Positions 9,336-19,249 are shown, counted from the first letter of the stretch. The stretch is DNA of 64,000 bases from an uncultured Chloroflexia bacterium (GCA_963819655.1 CAWFXA010000001.1:384001-448000); one strand, 5' to 3'. Notes: generated by a model not told the origin, from the letters alone. Made by a program: numbers and translations.

Positions 9336-11215
9336 CCCACGATCACGACGCCCTTCGACTCGCGGTCGCATCCCTCGATTTCGAGCTGACTCCGCAGGAG
9401 CAGGCGCGAATGCACGCCGGACTGCTCGAGTGCGAGGAATGCGCCCAGGCCGCCGCGAGCCACAGCGAGATGCAGCGCCTTCTCGGCCGACTTCCCGTCC
9501 GTGATGCGTCGCCCGATGTTCGACAGCGCGTCCTCCGCTCTGCCCTCGTCCCGCCGCGCGATCGACAATGGCCGGTCTTGCTCGCGGCAGCGGCGCTGCT
9601 CGCGTTGCTGGTCGGGGTCGCCGCTGCCGCCGGGGCGTTCCGAGAACGCTCGCCGCTCGATGCCACGGTCACGCTCCCATCCAGCTCGCTGCCGGCGCTC
9701 GGGGATGTCGAATCGCCCCAGCCGACCGCCACGGCTGACCCAGGCTCACCGGCGCCGGGTCAAGGGCCGCCAGGTGCCGCGTTCGGCGGCACGCCGTTGA
9801 CGCCGGATACGCTGGCCCAAGTCGTCTCGGGTCGTCTCCGGATCCGATCGGAACCTCGCGTCGCCACCGATTCCATCAAGTACGAGCCGTTGTTAGACGT
9901 CGGCGATCGCCTCTTGATCCTCGACGGGCCGGTGGTGGCGAACGACTACGAGTGGTATCAGGTCACGGCGTGGCGCCCCGGCAACCTGTACGCCTCGTTC
10001 CCGGTCGGCTGGGTGTCACGTGGCGACCACGACGGGACGCTGTGGATCAGCCCGCGCGTCGATACATGTCCTTCTATCGAGATCACGATGGACATCGTGG
10101 TCGCGCTCCACCCGGAGGAGCGGGTGGCCTGTTTCGGCGATCGCCCGCTCCGACTCCGCGGCTTCGTCGAGGGGAGTGCAGCGACCGCCCAGTGTGTGCC
10201 GGATCCAGCGGTCGCCTGCGTCGACGGTCCCGCCTGGCTGACAGGGCTTGGGGGCTGGCGGTCGGAGGTCGACACGCAAGTCGCCACTCCGTCGATCGGC
10301 GGGCCGCAGCTGACGCTGGATCCCGATGGGCCGGTCGCCGCCTCGGCGCTGCCGGAGTCCGGCATGGTCGACCTCGAGGGAGCGTTCGATCACCAGGCCG
10401 CGGCTGACTGCCACCCCGGTGCGACCGGACCTGGAGCACAGCCCGTCGCCGAACCCGTCGCTCGCCTCGCATGCCGGATGCGGTTCGTGGTGACGAAGGT
10501 CACGGCGGACGGCCGCTATCCGGTCGCGGGGACGCCAGGGATCACCGTGTCGCCGAACCTCCGCGTGCGCTCGGAACCCGGCCTGACGAGTGAGCGGTTC
10601 GAGCTGCTCGCAGACGGCACGCGGGTCTGGGTGGTCGAGGGCCCGGTCGTCGCGGCCGAATACGAATGGTTCAAGGTCCTCGTGCCGTCCGTCGACTCGG
10701 GCGGCGGCACCCCGCGCGTCGGCTGGGTGTCCGCGTCCGACCACGGAACGGAGCGCTGGCTGGCACGCCAGACGATCGATTGCCCGGCGCCAGGTTCGAT
10801 CCGTGTCGCAGACCTGGCCCGGCTGGTGGGTTCCGACACGGGCGACGGTGGCTTGGCCTGTTTCGGGCGGTCGGCGATCCGGATCGAGGGTGACCTCGGG
10901 CTCGTGTGCAACGACCGCGATCGTCCGTCCTGGGACTGGCGGCCCGAGTGGCTGTCGGGTAACGCAACGCGGAAACTGACGATCCGCGACGGAAGGGCCG
11001 TCGTCACTGCCAGGCCAACCGAGAGCCTCGACGTGCCGGTCGCATGTGGCGATCAGGCCGGTCGGTTCGTCATCGACGCCCATTTCGACGATGAAGCCGC
11101 GAGTGGCTGTGAGGCGGCCGTAGACCGGAGCTCGCTCGGGCACGACATCGGCATCGCGGCGTGGCATTGGTGTCGAGCCACGCTGGTCGTCGATCGGCTG
11201 ACGCAGGTCCCCTAA
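9332..11215 (+). CDS. Anti-sigma factor with TM helix and duplicated SH3b-like / Cys-rich extracytoplasmic modules
   Basis: N-terminal H..LECEEC zinc motif, TM helix, two copies of LR(I/V)RSEP..GPVVA..YEW..V..GWVS; ATGA overlap with the sigma gene. Confidence 0.75.
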   Translation: MTHDHDALRLAVASLDFELTPQEQARMHAGLLECEECAQAAASHSEMQRLLGRLPVRDASPDVRQRVLRSALVPPRDRQWPVLLAAAALLALLVGVAAAAGAFRERSPLDATVTLPSSSLPALGDVESPQPTATADPGSPAPGQGPPGAAFGGTPLTPDTLAQVVSGRLRIRSEPRVATDSIKYEPLLDVGDRLLILDGPVVANDYEWYQVTAWRPGNLYASFPVGWVSRGDHDGTLWISPRVDTCPSIEITMDIVVALHPEERVACFGDRPLRLRGFVEGSAATAQCVPDPAVACVDGPAWLTGLGGWRSEVDTQVATPSIGGPQLTLDPDGPVAASALPESGMVDLEGAFDHQAAADCHPGATGPGAQPVAEPVARLACRMRFVVTKVTADGRYPVAGTPGITVSPNLRVRSEPGLTSERFELLADGTRVWVVEGPVVAAEYEWFKVLVPSVDSGGGTPRVGWVSASDHGTERWLARQTIDCPAPGSIRVADLARLVGSDTGDGGLACFGRSAIRIEGDLGLVCNDRDRPSWDWRPEWLSGNATRKLTIRDGRAVVTARPTESLDVPVACGDQAGRFVIDAHFDDEAASGCEAAVDRSSLGHDIGIAAWHWCRATLVVDRLTQVP

Positions 11216-11232
11216 CGGCAGAGCGTCCGACC

Positions 11233-11886
11233 CTACTCCGCGGCGCCCGGCGCAGCGTCAAGGTCGGTCGCGCGCCGATCCAGCCGCCCGGTTCGATCGA
11301 ACACGCCCAGGAGGAACTGCACCAGCGGTCCGATCCCAAAGGCGAACGCCAGAGTCCCGATCCCGATCGACCCGCCGAGCAGCCAACCCAGCGCCAGGAC
11401 CGTTACCTCGACCAGCGTCCGGGCCCGCCGGATCGACCACCCGAAACGGTGGTGGAGCCCGGTCATCAGTCCGTCGCGAGGCCCAGCTCCAAGATCGGCC
11501 GCCAGGTACAGGCCGGAGCCGAGCCCGATGACCAGCAGTCCGGCCAGCATCATCGCAAGCTGGGTTCCCAGGCCGACCGCGCCGGGTAGCAGCGCGATCC
11601 CGACGTTCGTCGCGGTTCCGATCAAGACGACGTTGAGCAACGTCCCGATGCCGGGCCGCTCGCCGAGTGGCAACCACAGGAGGAGGATCGGGATCCCGAG
11701 GAGCACGCTGATCGTGCCGATCTCCAGACCCGTCAGTCGGCCGAGACCCTGGTGGAACGCCTCCCACGGTCCGAGGCCGAGCCCGGCTTCCGCCATCAGG
11801 GCGATGCCGAGTCCGAAGAGGATCAGCCCGACGATCAAGCCAGGCAGGCGCGGAAGGACGTCTCTCCACATCGAGCGTCGAAGCAT
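11233..11886 (-). CDS. YczE/YyaS-family membrane protein
   Basis: GLGLGPWEAFHQG, PGIGTLLN, GAGPRDGLMTG, GGSIGIGT motifs; multiple TM segments. Confidence 0.88.
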   Translation of the reverse strand: MLRRSMWRDVLPRLPGLIVGLILFGLGIALMAEAGLGLGPWEAFHQGLGRLTGLEIGTISVLLGIPILLLWLPLGERPGIGTLLNVVLIGTATNVGIALLPGAVGLGTQLAMMLAGLLVIGLGSGLYLAADLGAGPRDGLMTGLHHRFGWSIRRARTLVEVTVLALGWLLGGSIGIGTLAFAFGIGPLVQFLLGVFDRTGRLDRRATDLDAAPGAAE

Positions 11887-11952
11887 CCGCCGATGGTAGC
11901 GACGGCGTGATCGGAACGGTCCGCGGGTGGTCAACACCTGTATCGTCCGCCC

Positions 11953-13044
11953 GTGACCGACCCATCGATCCGCGCTCTCTTCGCCCCGGCGGACGATGTG
12001 ACCTATCTGGACGCGGCCACGTACGGTTTGCCACCGACTCCAACGGTGGAGGCGATGGAGCGGGCTTTGGCCGGCTGGCGATCCGGGACGGCACGCTGGG
12101 TCGATGACTGGGACCGCCCGGCCGACGCCGCCAGAGGGTTGTTCGCCGAGCTGATCGGCGCGTCGGCCGCGGATATCGCGCTCATCCCATCTGTCTCGAT
12201 CGGGACGGGTCTCGTGGCGGCCAGCCTGCGCCCGGGCGACGTCATCGTTGTGCCCGACGACGAGCACGTCTCCGATCTGTTCCCGCTCCTCGTGGCGGAA
12301 CGGCGAGGCGTGACGGTCCGGGCGGTGCCCTTCGCCGCCTTGCCCGACGCGATCGAACCGGGGACGTCGCTCGTCGCGGCGAGCCTCGTCCAGATGCAGA
12401 CCGGACGAGTCGCCGATCTCGCCTCGATCACGCGGCGGGCAGCGGAGGTCGGTGCCCGGGTGCTCATCGATTCGACACACGCGACGCCGTTCGTCGAGGT
12501 CGCCGATCACATCGGGGCGATCGATTATCTCGTCTGCCACGCTTACAAGCACCTCCTCGGGGCGAGGGGCTGCGCGTTCCTGTATGTGCGGGCCGATCGC
12601 GTCGACGACCTCCAGCCGACCTACGCGAACTGGCGCGGCGCGCCCGATCCATGGAGCAAGTTCTTCGGCGGACCGCTGGAGCTCGCCGACGACGCCGCAC
12701 GCTTCAATGTCTCGCTCGCCTGGCTGCCGTGGGTGGCGACGGTCGAATTGCTTCGGTGCGTCACGGCGTGGAGGCGCGAGGGGGCGCTTGCACCAGTGCT
12801 GGCATTGGCGGCCAGGTTCGCCGCTGCCCTCGATCGGGAGCCGGCGGGTGCGTCACTCGTCTGCGTACCCGTCTCCGAGCCCGAACACGTCCGAGCGGCG
12901 CTCGATCGCGAGCGCATCCGGGCGGCCGTCCGCGGGAACGGGATCCGTTTCTCGGTCCACGTCTGGAACGACGACGCCGACATCGAGCGGGCGGTCGATG
13001 CCATCCGGCCGTTCCTTCCAGCGCCCGAACAGGTCGCTAAGTAG
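11953..13044 (+). CDS. Class V PLP-dependent aminotransferase / cysteine desulfurase-like
   Basis: YLDAATYG, IDSTHA, CHAYKHLLG (PLP lysine), IRFSVHVWN. Confidence 0.88.
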   Translation: MTDPSIRALFAPADDVTYLDAATYGLPPTPTVEAMERALAGWRSGTARWVDDWDRPADAARGLFAELIGASAADIALIPSVSIGTGLVAASLRPGDVIVVPDDEHVSDLFPLLVAERRGVTVRAVPFAALPDAIEPGTSLVAASLVQMQTGRVADLASITRRAAEVGARVLIDSTHATPFVEVADHIGAIDYLVCHAYKHLLGARGCAFLYVRADRVDDLQPTYANWRGAPDPWSKFFGGPLELADDAARFNVSLAWLPWVATVELLRCVTAWRREGALAPVLALAARFAAALDREPAGASLVCVPVSEPEHVRAALDRERIRAAVRGNGIRFSVHVWNDDADIERAVDAIRPFLPAPEQVAK

Positions 13045-13072
13045 GGCCTTCTCGCGGTAGGATGACGCAACC

Positions 13073-14338
13073 GTGGCGCTCCGTATCCTCCGGCTGGTTG
13101 CCGTCGCCTCGATCCTCGCGTTTGGCGTCACCGCTCGCACCGTCACCGCCACGCAGGCGCACACCGATGACATCGCCGCCGACCGGCCGCCCGCGGTCGC
13201 GGATTTGCCTCCGGCCGATCTCGGTGAGCAGCCGCCGCCGACCGACCTGCCTCCGACCGAGCCGCCGCCGGTCGCGGTAGAGCCGCCTCCGGCAGACCCC
13301 GTTGGGCCGGCCCCGACTGACGCGCCATTGACCGACGCGCCATTGACCGACACGCCATTGACCGACACGCCATTGACCGACACGCCAGTCGCCGCGGAGC
13401 CGCCGCCTACCGCGTCCGATGCGCCGTTCCCGAGCGAAGAGGCGGTACCGGCCTCGACCGCATCGCCGGACGCGTCCCCCACCGTCGGTGATCCGGCTGT
13501 CTCCGACCCGTCCGCGGCCGAGCCACTTCCGTCACCCGTGGCCGTCTCGCCCATCGCCGAGGATCCGGCGGATACAGCAACGGCGCCCAAACCCGCCCTC
13601 CCGCACGCTGTACCGAAACCGATCGTCAGCGAGCCGGTCGTGGCTTCGGCTCCGGTCGCAGCTAGGGCCAGGCAGCCCGCCCACGAGCCGGACGCGGTCC
13701 AGCCGGCCGCCCGTCCGGTAGAGGCCTCCCGGTCGGTCGCGCCCGGATGGCTGCCGCACGTGACCGGGCTGATACTGCCGGACGAGGTGCAGCCGGTGAC
13801 GGCCGGGATCGTCGCGGGACTTGCGGTTACGAACACGGCCCCAGCTAGCGTGGCGGTCGCCATCGAATTCGGACGCGCCGGCGGCGGGTGGGCCGGTGGG
13901 ATCGTGTTCAACCTGTGGCTTCGTCGGAAGTTACGCGAGCGGCCAATGAGCCAGCGGCAGCTCGCTGCTCTCTCCGGCGTCGACCACTCGACGATCTCAC
14001 GGCTGCTCCGCCAGGATCGAACGCCGTCGCTCGCGACCGCGACGAAGCTCGCCAAGGCACTCAGGCACGTGCGAGTCGAGCCAGGCGAGTCCGATACTGC
14101 CGATTACTTCGATCGCATACCAGAGGAGACGCTGTTCCCGGCGAGACGGGTGGAGATGGCCCTGAGGGCTGACGAACTGCTCGACGACGATGATGTCCGG
14201 CGCCTGATGAACGACTACCTGGACGCCCGCCGAAGGCGCCAGACGACGGCGTCATCCAACGAGCTTTTGGCGAACGGCCGCCTGTCAGCGCCGGCCCGCG
14301 CCGGGCCAACGCGCTCCGCGCTCGACCCGCGCCGCTAG
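13073..14338 (+). CDS. Pro-rich protein with signal-like N-terminus and C-terminal XRE-family HTH domain
   Basis: Hydrophobic N-terminus, long Pro/Thr/Ala region, then MSQRQLAALSGVDHSTISRLLRQDRTPSLATATKLAKAL. Confidence 0.7.
   Translation: MALRILRLVAVASILAFGVTARTVTATQAHTDDIAADRPPAVADLPPADLGEQPPPTDLPPTEPPPVAVEPPPADPVGPAPTDAPLTDAPLTDTPLTDTPLTDTPVAAEPPPTASDAPFPSEEAVPASTASPDASPTVGDPAVSDPSAAEPLPSPVAVSPIAEDPADTATAPKPALPHAVPKPIVSEPVVASAPVAARARQPAHEPDAVQPAARPVEASRSVAPGWLPHVTGLILPDEVQPVTAGIVAGLAVTNTAPASVAVAIEFGRAGGGWAGGIVFNLWLRRKLRERPMSQRQLAALSGVDHSTISRLLRQDRTPSLATATKLAKALRHVRVEPGESDTADYFDRIPEETLFPARRVEMALRADELLDDDDVRRLMNDYLDARRRRQTTASSNELLANGRLSAPARAGPTRSALDPRR
13316..13390 (+). repeat. 15-bp coding tandem repeat x5 (TD[A/T]PL)
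   Basis: ACYGACRCGCCATTG units at 13316, 13331, 13346, 13361 and a variant at 13376. Confidence 0.9.
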
Positions 14339-14434
14339 TCAGTCGCCTCGTCCTGTTCGAGCGTTGTGGAAGGTGCCCGGTGCCCATTAGAATGGCTTGG
14401 CTTTAGGCAGACGCTCTAGTTGAGCGCACGCCGG

Positions 14435-14510
14435 GCGGGAGTAACTCAGTTGGCAGAGTGTCTGCTTCCCAAGCAGGATGTCGCGGGTTCGAACCCCGTC
14501 TCCCGCTCCA
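14435..14510 (+). tRNA. tRNA-Gly(CCC)
   Basis: GCGGGAG acceptor stem pairing CTCCCGC, D-arm ACTCAGTTGGCAGAGT, anticodon loop TTCCCAA, T-loop GGTTCGAACC, encoded CCA end; 76 nt. Confidence 0.97.
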
Positions 14511-14650
14511 ACATCGCGGTTCACGCTTAGGACGACACCCTGACTGGGTGTCGATCAAGCCTCACGACGCAGGTGTCCCGACCATGCGGCCGCGTTCATC
14601 GACCTCGTCTGTAGCGCCCATGGCACGGACCGGACACCGAGGACGAGTCG

Positions 14651-15496
14651 ATGGATGACTTCGCTTCTCGCGCTGCGCCACTCGAGTACTGGTTCTGGAA
14701 GTTCCACACAGGCGACCTGGCATTCCTCGTCGACTTCATCCTGCGCAGGCGGACCGACGAGGCCGAGGTCAGGGTCAGCCTCTGGGTGCGCGGCGAGGGT
14801 CGCGTCGAGCGCCTCGTCAGCCGATCCTGGTGGGCGGACACCAACACGGTGTCGGTCGGCGACCAACGCCTCACCTCGAGCGGCTCGATCGGCGCGGTGG
14901 CGGACATCTCGTGGCAACTTGACTGGCAGCCGGGTCCCCATCTCGTGGATCCGCGACCGGGGTTCCTCGGACCGATGCACCCCTTCGACATGGAGCTGCT
15001 CCTGCGCCCCGCCGCCCGGTTCAGCGGAGTCGTGACAGTCGCCGGCGAGCGGTTCGACGTCGTCGATGTCCCCGGCCTGCTGACGCACTACTGGGGCCGC
15101 CGCCTGGCCAGGAGCTGGTGCTGGATCTCGGCGACGGAGTTTGAGGACGCCCCGGAGCGCCGCGTCGAGGTCCTCCTCGCCCGGTCGGGTCTGTGGGGGC
15201 GCGACCCGCTCGTGCTGCCCTTCGCCTACCTCTGGACGACCGACGGGCAACGATCGGAGCTGACGATCTCCCCAGTCACCGGCCTGATCCGGCAACGTGA
15301 GCTCTCGAATGGCATCGCCATCGATGTGGGGCGAATCAATGGCAGGCGCCATCGGCTCTCGTGCACCGCCGGGGCGGACACGTTCAACGACCTCGGCGAG
15401 GGGATCCGACAGACCCTCCTGGCGGAGCTCATCTTCGATGGCCACCGGGCCGTAGCCGGCCGCACCGGTCTGGAGTTCCGCGACGCGCGTCGCTGA
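14651..15496 (+). CDS. Hypothetical protein, possibly tocopherol cyclase / AttH-like beta fold
   Basis: Trp-rich EYWFWKF and THYWGRRLARSWCWIS segments; GAGGA SD upstream. Confidence 0.5.
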   Translation: MDDFASRAAPLEYWFWKFHTGDLAFLVDFILRRRTDEAEVRVSLWVRGEGRVERLVSRSWWADTNTVSVGDQRLTSSGSIGAVADISWQLDWQPGPHLVDPRPGFLGPMHPFDMELLLRPAARFSGVVTVAGERFDVVDVPGLLTHYWGRRLARSWCWISATEFEDAPERRVEVLLARSGLWGRDPLVLPFAYLWTTDGQRSELTISPVTGLIRQRELSNGIAIDVGRINGRRHRLSCTAGADTFNDLGEGIRQTLLAELIFDGHRAVAGRTGLEFRDARR

Positions 15497-15517
15497 CGCC
15501 GACCCGGGCGGAGGGTC

Positions 15518-15718
15518 CTAGACGCCCTTGATGAAGGTACCGAGCAGCAAGAGCACGAACGCGACCACGGCGGCGTAGATCGCCAGAGTGCCGGTGGCGA
15601 AGCCGGCGATCGTAGCCGGCACGAGGCTCGTGAAGAAGACGAGCGCCGCGAAGACGGTCAGCACGGCGGCGAGCACGATCGTGCCCGACCTTGGCGCGTA
15701 GTTGCTGCGTCGGCGCAT
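15518..15718 (-). CDS. Small two-TM membrane protein
   Basis: 66 aa, basic N-terminus, two hydrophobic helices, ends LLGTFIKGV; TGATG overlap with the upstream gene. Confidence 0.65.
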   Translation of the reverse strand: MRRRSNYAPRSGTIVLAAVLTVFAALVFFTSLVPATIAGFATGTLAIYAAVVAFVLLLLGTFIKGV

Positions 15719-15963
15719 CAGATCCCCCGCACGAGTGAGCCGACGATCAGGAGGGTCGGGGAAGCGATGATCAAGATGCGAGCCAACTCCAGGGTGGCGC
15801 TGACGCCGACGACCGCGAGCGCATCCCCGAGCACCTGGTTGAGCGGCGCGATCGAGAAGAGGCTGCCCTCCAGCGAGAGCCCGATCACCATCAGCACGAC
15901 CGCGATCACGACCGTGGCCAGGTAGGGCGGGTTCGGTTTCACGCGGCGAGTATAGGTCCGCAA
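15718..15963 (-). CDS. Small two-TM membrane protein
   Basis: 81 aa, ends LIVGSLVRGI; same layout as its neighbour. Confidence 0.6.
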   Translation of the reverse strand: MRTYTRRVKPNPPYLATVVIAVVLMVIGLSLEGSLFSIAPLNQVLGDALAVVGVSATLELARILIIASPTLLIVGSLVRGI

Positions 15964-16147
15964 GTAGAGGCGAGATCCGCGACCTCGGCGGCTCGTGTCC
16001 CTACCTCAGCCTCTGTGTCATTCGGCCCCCGTCGTGGGGGGCCGATGGCCGTCAGATGGGTCGGCATGGCCCATCCGCTCAGAGCACCTCCTCGCCCATG
16101 CTGGGCTCTGATAAGAACCAGAGACAGTAGACAGTGAGGAATGGATC

Positions 16148-16840
16148 ATGAACGGTCGATTGAAGGTCATCGGAGTCATGCTGGCGGTCGTGGGGCTCGC
16201 CTTCATCGCGGGCGGTGGGTTCGCTTACTACAAGACGGACCAGGGAGCCAAGTCGCTGCAGGCATTCAGCGCGGCGCAGAACGTCACACTCAACTACAAC
16301 GAAGCGGGACAGCTCGTCGACCGCGGCGAGACCGAAGGCTCCGCGAAGATCATGTCGCTCCTGACCGACGACTGGGGCTACGCGGTGAACGCAGCGGACC
16401 TGAACCCCAACGACCCAGTGGTCAACACGGCCAGTGAGTACATGTATCAGATGGCGACGATCGCCTATCACACTCTGCATGGCACGACGACCGTTGTCCT
16501 CGACGAGGCCGTCACGGCTGATGACGGTACGGTCTACGCGGCAGGCACCTACGAGTTCGAGACCGATGGCCGCTACTGGACCGGCTTCGACCGGACGAAC
16601 CCGATCGAGGGTGCGGCCCGCGATCAGGTCTGGACCGGTACGGCACACTCGCTGATCGCCCAGCTCGGCGTCGGCAGCGTGACCGCCTCGGCTCTCCAGA
16701 TCGGCCTGGGAATCGCCGCCCTCCTCGCCGGCCTCGGCGCCACGTTCCTGCTCACAGGCCTCGGCCTGGTGTGGGCGACGCGACCCGAGACCGCTCGTGT
16801 CAAGGCTCCGGTCCTACGGCCCGCCACCACTCTCGCATAG
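16148..16840 (+). CDS. Membrane-anchored hypothetical protein
   Basis: N- and C-terminal TM helices around a soluble domain; typical high-GC codon usage; GAGGA SD. Confidence 0.7.
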   Translation: MNGRLKVIGVMLAVVGLAFIAGGGFAYYKTDQGAKSLQAFSAAQNVTLNYNEAGQLVDRGETEGSAKIMSLLTDDWGYAVNAADLNPNDPVVNTASEYMYQMATIAYHTLHGTTTVVLDEAVTADDGTVYAAGTYEFETDGRYWTGFDRTNPIEGAARDQVWTGTAHSLIAQLGVGSVTASALQIGLGIAALLAGLGATFLLTGLGLVWATRPETARVKAPVLRPATTLA

Positions 16841-16937
16841 CGGTTGACCGGGTCTCCGACCCGGAACCCCGACCACGAACGGCGTGGGCCCTCGCGGCCC
16901 ACGCCGTTTTCGACGTTGTGGAACTATCCTCGTTCGG

Positions 16938-18101
16938 ATGGTCCATGCGAACCCCGTCGCGACGCGCAGCCTGAAGGAGGTCCAGGCTGCCCTCGATGCC
17001 GCGGTCCGGGGGATCGCCGGACTGACATCAGTCGATGATGCCTTGCAGGTGATCGTCGATCGCGTTCGACCGCTCGTCGGCGCTCAATACGCCGCGTTGG
17101 GGATCGTCGACCCCGATGGTCGGATCGAGCGGTTCATCACCAGCGGGATGGACGACGAGATGCGTCGGCAGATCGGTGCACTGCCAGAAGGGCACGGCCT
17201 GCTGGGATTGATCATCCGTGAGAACCGCTCCTTTCAGATCGCAGACCTGAACGTCGACCCCCGCCGCTATGGCTTCCCGCCGAACCATCCGCCGATGACC
17301 AGCTTCCTGGGCGTTCCGATCACGATCAAGGGTGTCTCCCTTGGCCGGCTCTACCTCACCAACCGCATCGGCGCCGAGGTGTTCAGTGACGAGGACCGGT
17401 CGCTCGTCGAGACCTTTGCCTTGCACGCCGGGATCGCCATGGAGAATGCGCGGCTGCACGAACAGCTCCAGCGACTGGCAGTCGTTGACGAGCGGGAACG
17501 CATTTCCAAGGACCTGCACGACGGTGTAATCCAGAACCTCTATGCGGTCGGGCTTTCGCTCGAGGACGTCCCCGAGCTCATGGTCGAAGATCAGCCGGAG
17601 GCCGCAGCACGGGTCGAGCGGGCGATCGACTCGATCCACCTCTCCATCAAGGACATCCGCAACTTCATCTTCGGCCTGCGGCCTGAGCTGCTGGAGGGGG
17701 TATCGGTGGTCGTCGGGCTGGCGGCATTGGCCGACGAGTACCGCCACAACATGATCGTGGATCTGGAGCTGCGCCTCCCCGACAGGATCGCCGAACCGCC
17801 ATCCGAGGTGACGGGTCACCTTCTTGCGATCGTGGCCGAATCGCTGAGCAACATCGTTCGGCACTCGGTGGCGAGTCGCGCAAGCGTGACGCTGTCGACA
17901 CTGGAGGGCGGGAGGATGCTGCAGCTGGCGATCGAGGACAACGGGATCGGATTCGATCCGACCGGAGTGGTCAAGCTTGGGCACCAGGGCCTGGCCAACA
18001 TGCGTGAACGCGCTGCAGCGATCGGCGGCACCATCACCATCGACAGCCGCCCCGGAGGCGGGACGCGGTTGATCGTCCGGGTCCCGGTTCCAGCCACGTG
18101 A
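16938..18101 (+). CDS. GAF-domain sensor histidine kinase (DosS/DosT-like, HisKA_3)
   Basis: GFPPNHPPMTSFLGVPI..GRLYLT GAF motif, ERERISKDLHDGVIQ H-box, EDNGIGF and GLANMRERA ATPase motifs. Confidence 0.92.
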   Translation: MVHANPVATRSLKEVQAALDAAVRGIAGLTSVDDALQVIVDRVRPLVGAQYAALGIVDPDGRIERFITSGMDDEMRRQIGALPEGHGLLGLIIRENRSFQIADLNVDPRRYGFPPNHPPMTSFLGVPITIKGVSLGRLYLTNRIGAEVFSDEDRSLVETFALHAGIAMENARLHEQLQRLAVVDERERISKDLHDGVIQNLYAVGLSLEDVPELMVEDQPEAAARVERAIDSIHLSIKDIRNFIFGLRPELLEGVSVVVGLAALADEYRHNMIVDLELRLPDRIAEPPSEVTGHLLAIVAESLSNIVRHSVASRASVTLSTLEGGRMLQLAIEDNGIGFDPTGVVKLGHQGLANMRERAAAIGGTITIDSRPGGGTRLIVRVPVPAT

Positions 18102-18110
18102 GGCGCGCCC

Positions 18111-18803
18111 GTGTCTGAGCGTGCATCGACGCCGACAAGCCCGCTGAAGATCTTGCTCGTTGATGACCACGAGGTCGTGCGCCAGGGTCTCGCCGCGCTG
18201 CTAGGCCGCAGGCCGGAGTTCAGCATCGTCGGCGACGCCGGCACGGTCGCGGATGCCGTCGCCGCTGCTCGGCGGTTCCGGCCCGACCTCATCGTCATGG
18301 ACGTACGGTTGCCCGACGGTTCCGGGATCGAGGCGTGTCGGGAGATTCGGGCCGAGCTGCCCGACACGCGCGTCGTCATGCTGACGAGCTACCCGGACGA
18401 GGATGCCGTGCTCTCGGCGATCATCGCCGGGGCGAGTGGCTACCTCCTCAAGCAGGTTCGAGCGCGCGACCTCGTTGCGGCCCTCGAGGCCGTCGGGCGA
18501 GGAGAATCGCTGCTCGATCCGGCGGTGACAGGCCGAGTCCTGGAGCGGATCCGACGCATCGCCACGACCGATCAGACGGATGAGCTCGCCCAGCTGACGT
18601 CCCAGGAACAGAAGATCCTGCTCCTTGTGGCAGAAGGCAAGACGAACAAGGAGATCGCTGCCGACGTGTTCCTCTCCGACAAGACCGTGAAGAACTATGT
18701 CAGCTCGATCCTGGCAAAGCTGAACCTCGAGAGGCGGGCCCAGGCGGCCGCCTACATGGCTCACCTGAGGGAGACAGAACGCGACACCAACCGCGGCAGC
18801 TAG
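18111..18803 (+). CDS. NarL/DosR-family response regulator
   Basis: LLVDDHEVVRQG, MDVRLPDGSG, GKTNKEIA..LSDKTVKNYVSSILAKL. Confidence 0.95.
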   Translation: MSERASTPTSPLKILLVDDHEVVRQGLAALLGRRPEFSIVGDAGTVADAVAAARRFRPDLIVMDVRLPDGSGIEACREIRAELPDTRVVMLTSYPDEDAVLSAIIAGASGYLLKQVRARDLVAALEAVGRGESLLDPAVTGRVLERIRRIATTDQTDELAQLTSQEQKILLLVAEGKTNKEIAADVFLSDKTVKNYVSSILAKLNLERRAQAAAYMAHLRETERDTNRGS

Positions 18804-18893
18804 ACGGGCCGATCGGACCGCCTCAAGCGGCCGTTCGACTCTACGGGCGGCGCGAGCTTGCGAGCATCCTTCTTTCACACGGAGGATGCACTG

Positions 18894-19220
18894 ATGAACG
18901 AACGACGACAACGAGCCCACGCGACGGAGCGTGATGTCACAGTCTGGATCGACCATGACCAGGCGGTCATTCGGAAGGGTGGGGTGGAAGATCAGGACGT
19001 CATCGAGCACCTCGAGCGCTCGCCGACGGAAAGCGAACCTGCATTCGATCTCCGGACGATCCACGAGATCATCGATCGGGACCGGGTCGCCGTCTCGGGT
19101 CCGGCCATCGCGCGGATCGGTTTCGAGCGAGCCTACGTTTCGATGACGCACCGGCCGGATCGGCTGGTGGCTGGCGAACCAACGACGCCCAAATCGCCGC
19201 GCGATGGTGGACCGGTCTGA
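18894..19220 (+). CDS. Small hypothetical protein, weakly host-attachment / release-factor-like
   Basis: GGAGG SD; VWIDHDQAVI N-terminal motif and VAVSGP. Confidence 0.5.
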   Translation: MNERRQRAHATERDVTVWIDHDQAVIRKGGVEDQDVIEHLERSPTESEPAFDLRTIHEIIDRDRVAVSGPAIARIGFERAYVSMTHRPDRLVAGEPTTPKSPRDGGPV

Positions 19221-19249
19221 GAACTGCACCGATGGGCATCGCGTAACAG

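Noticed and set aside
14435-14650. Genomic island or prophage integrated at tRNA-Gly
   Set aside because: No integrase next to the tRNA, no duplicated tRNA 3' end noticed by eye, and no obvious compositional shift.
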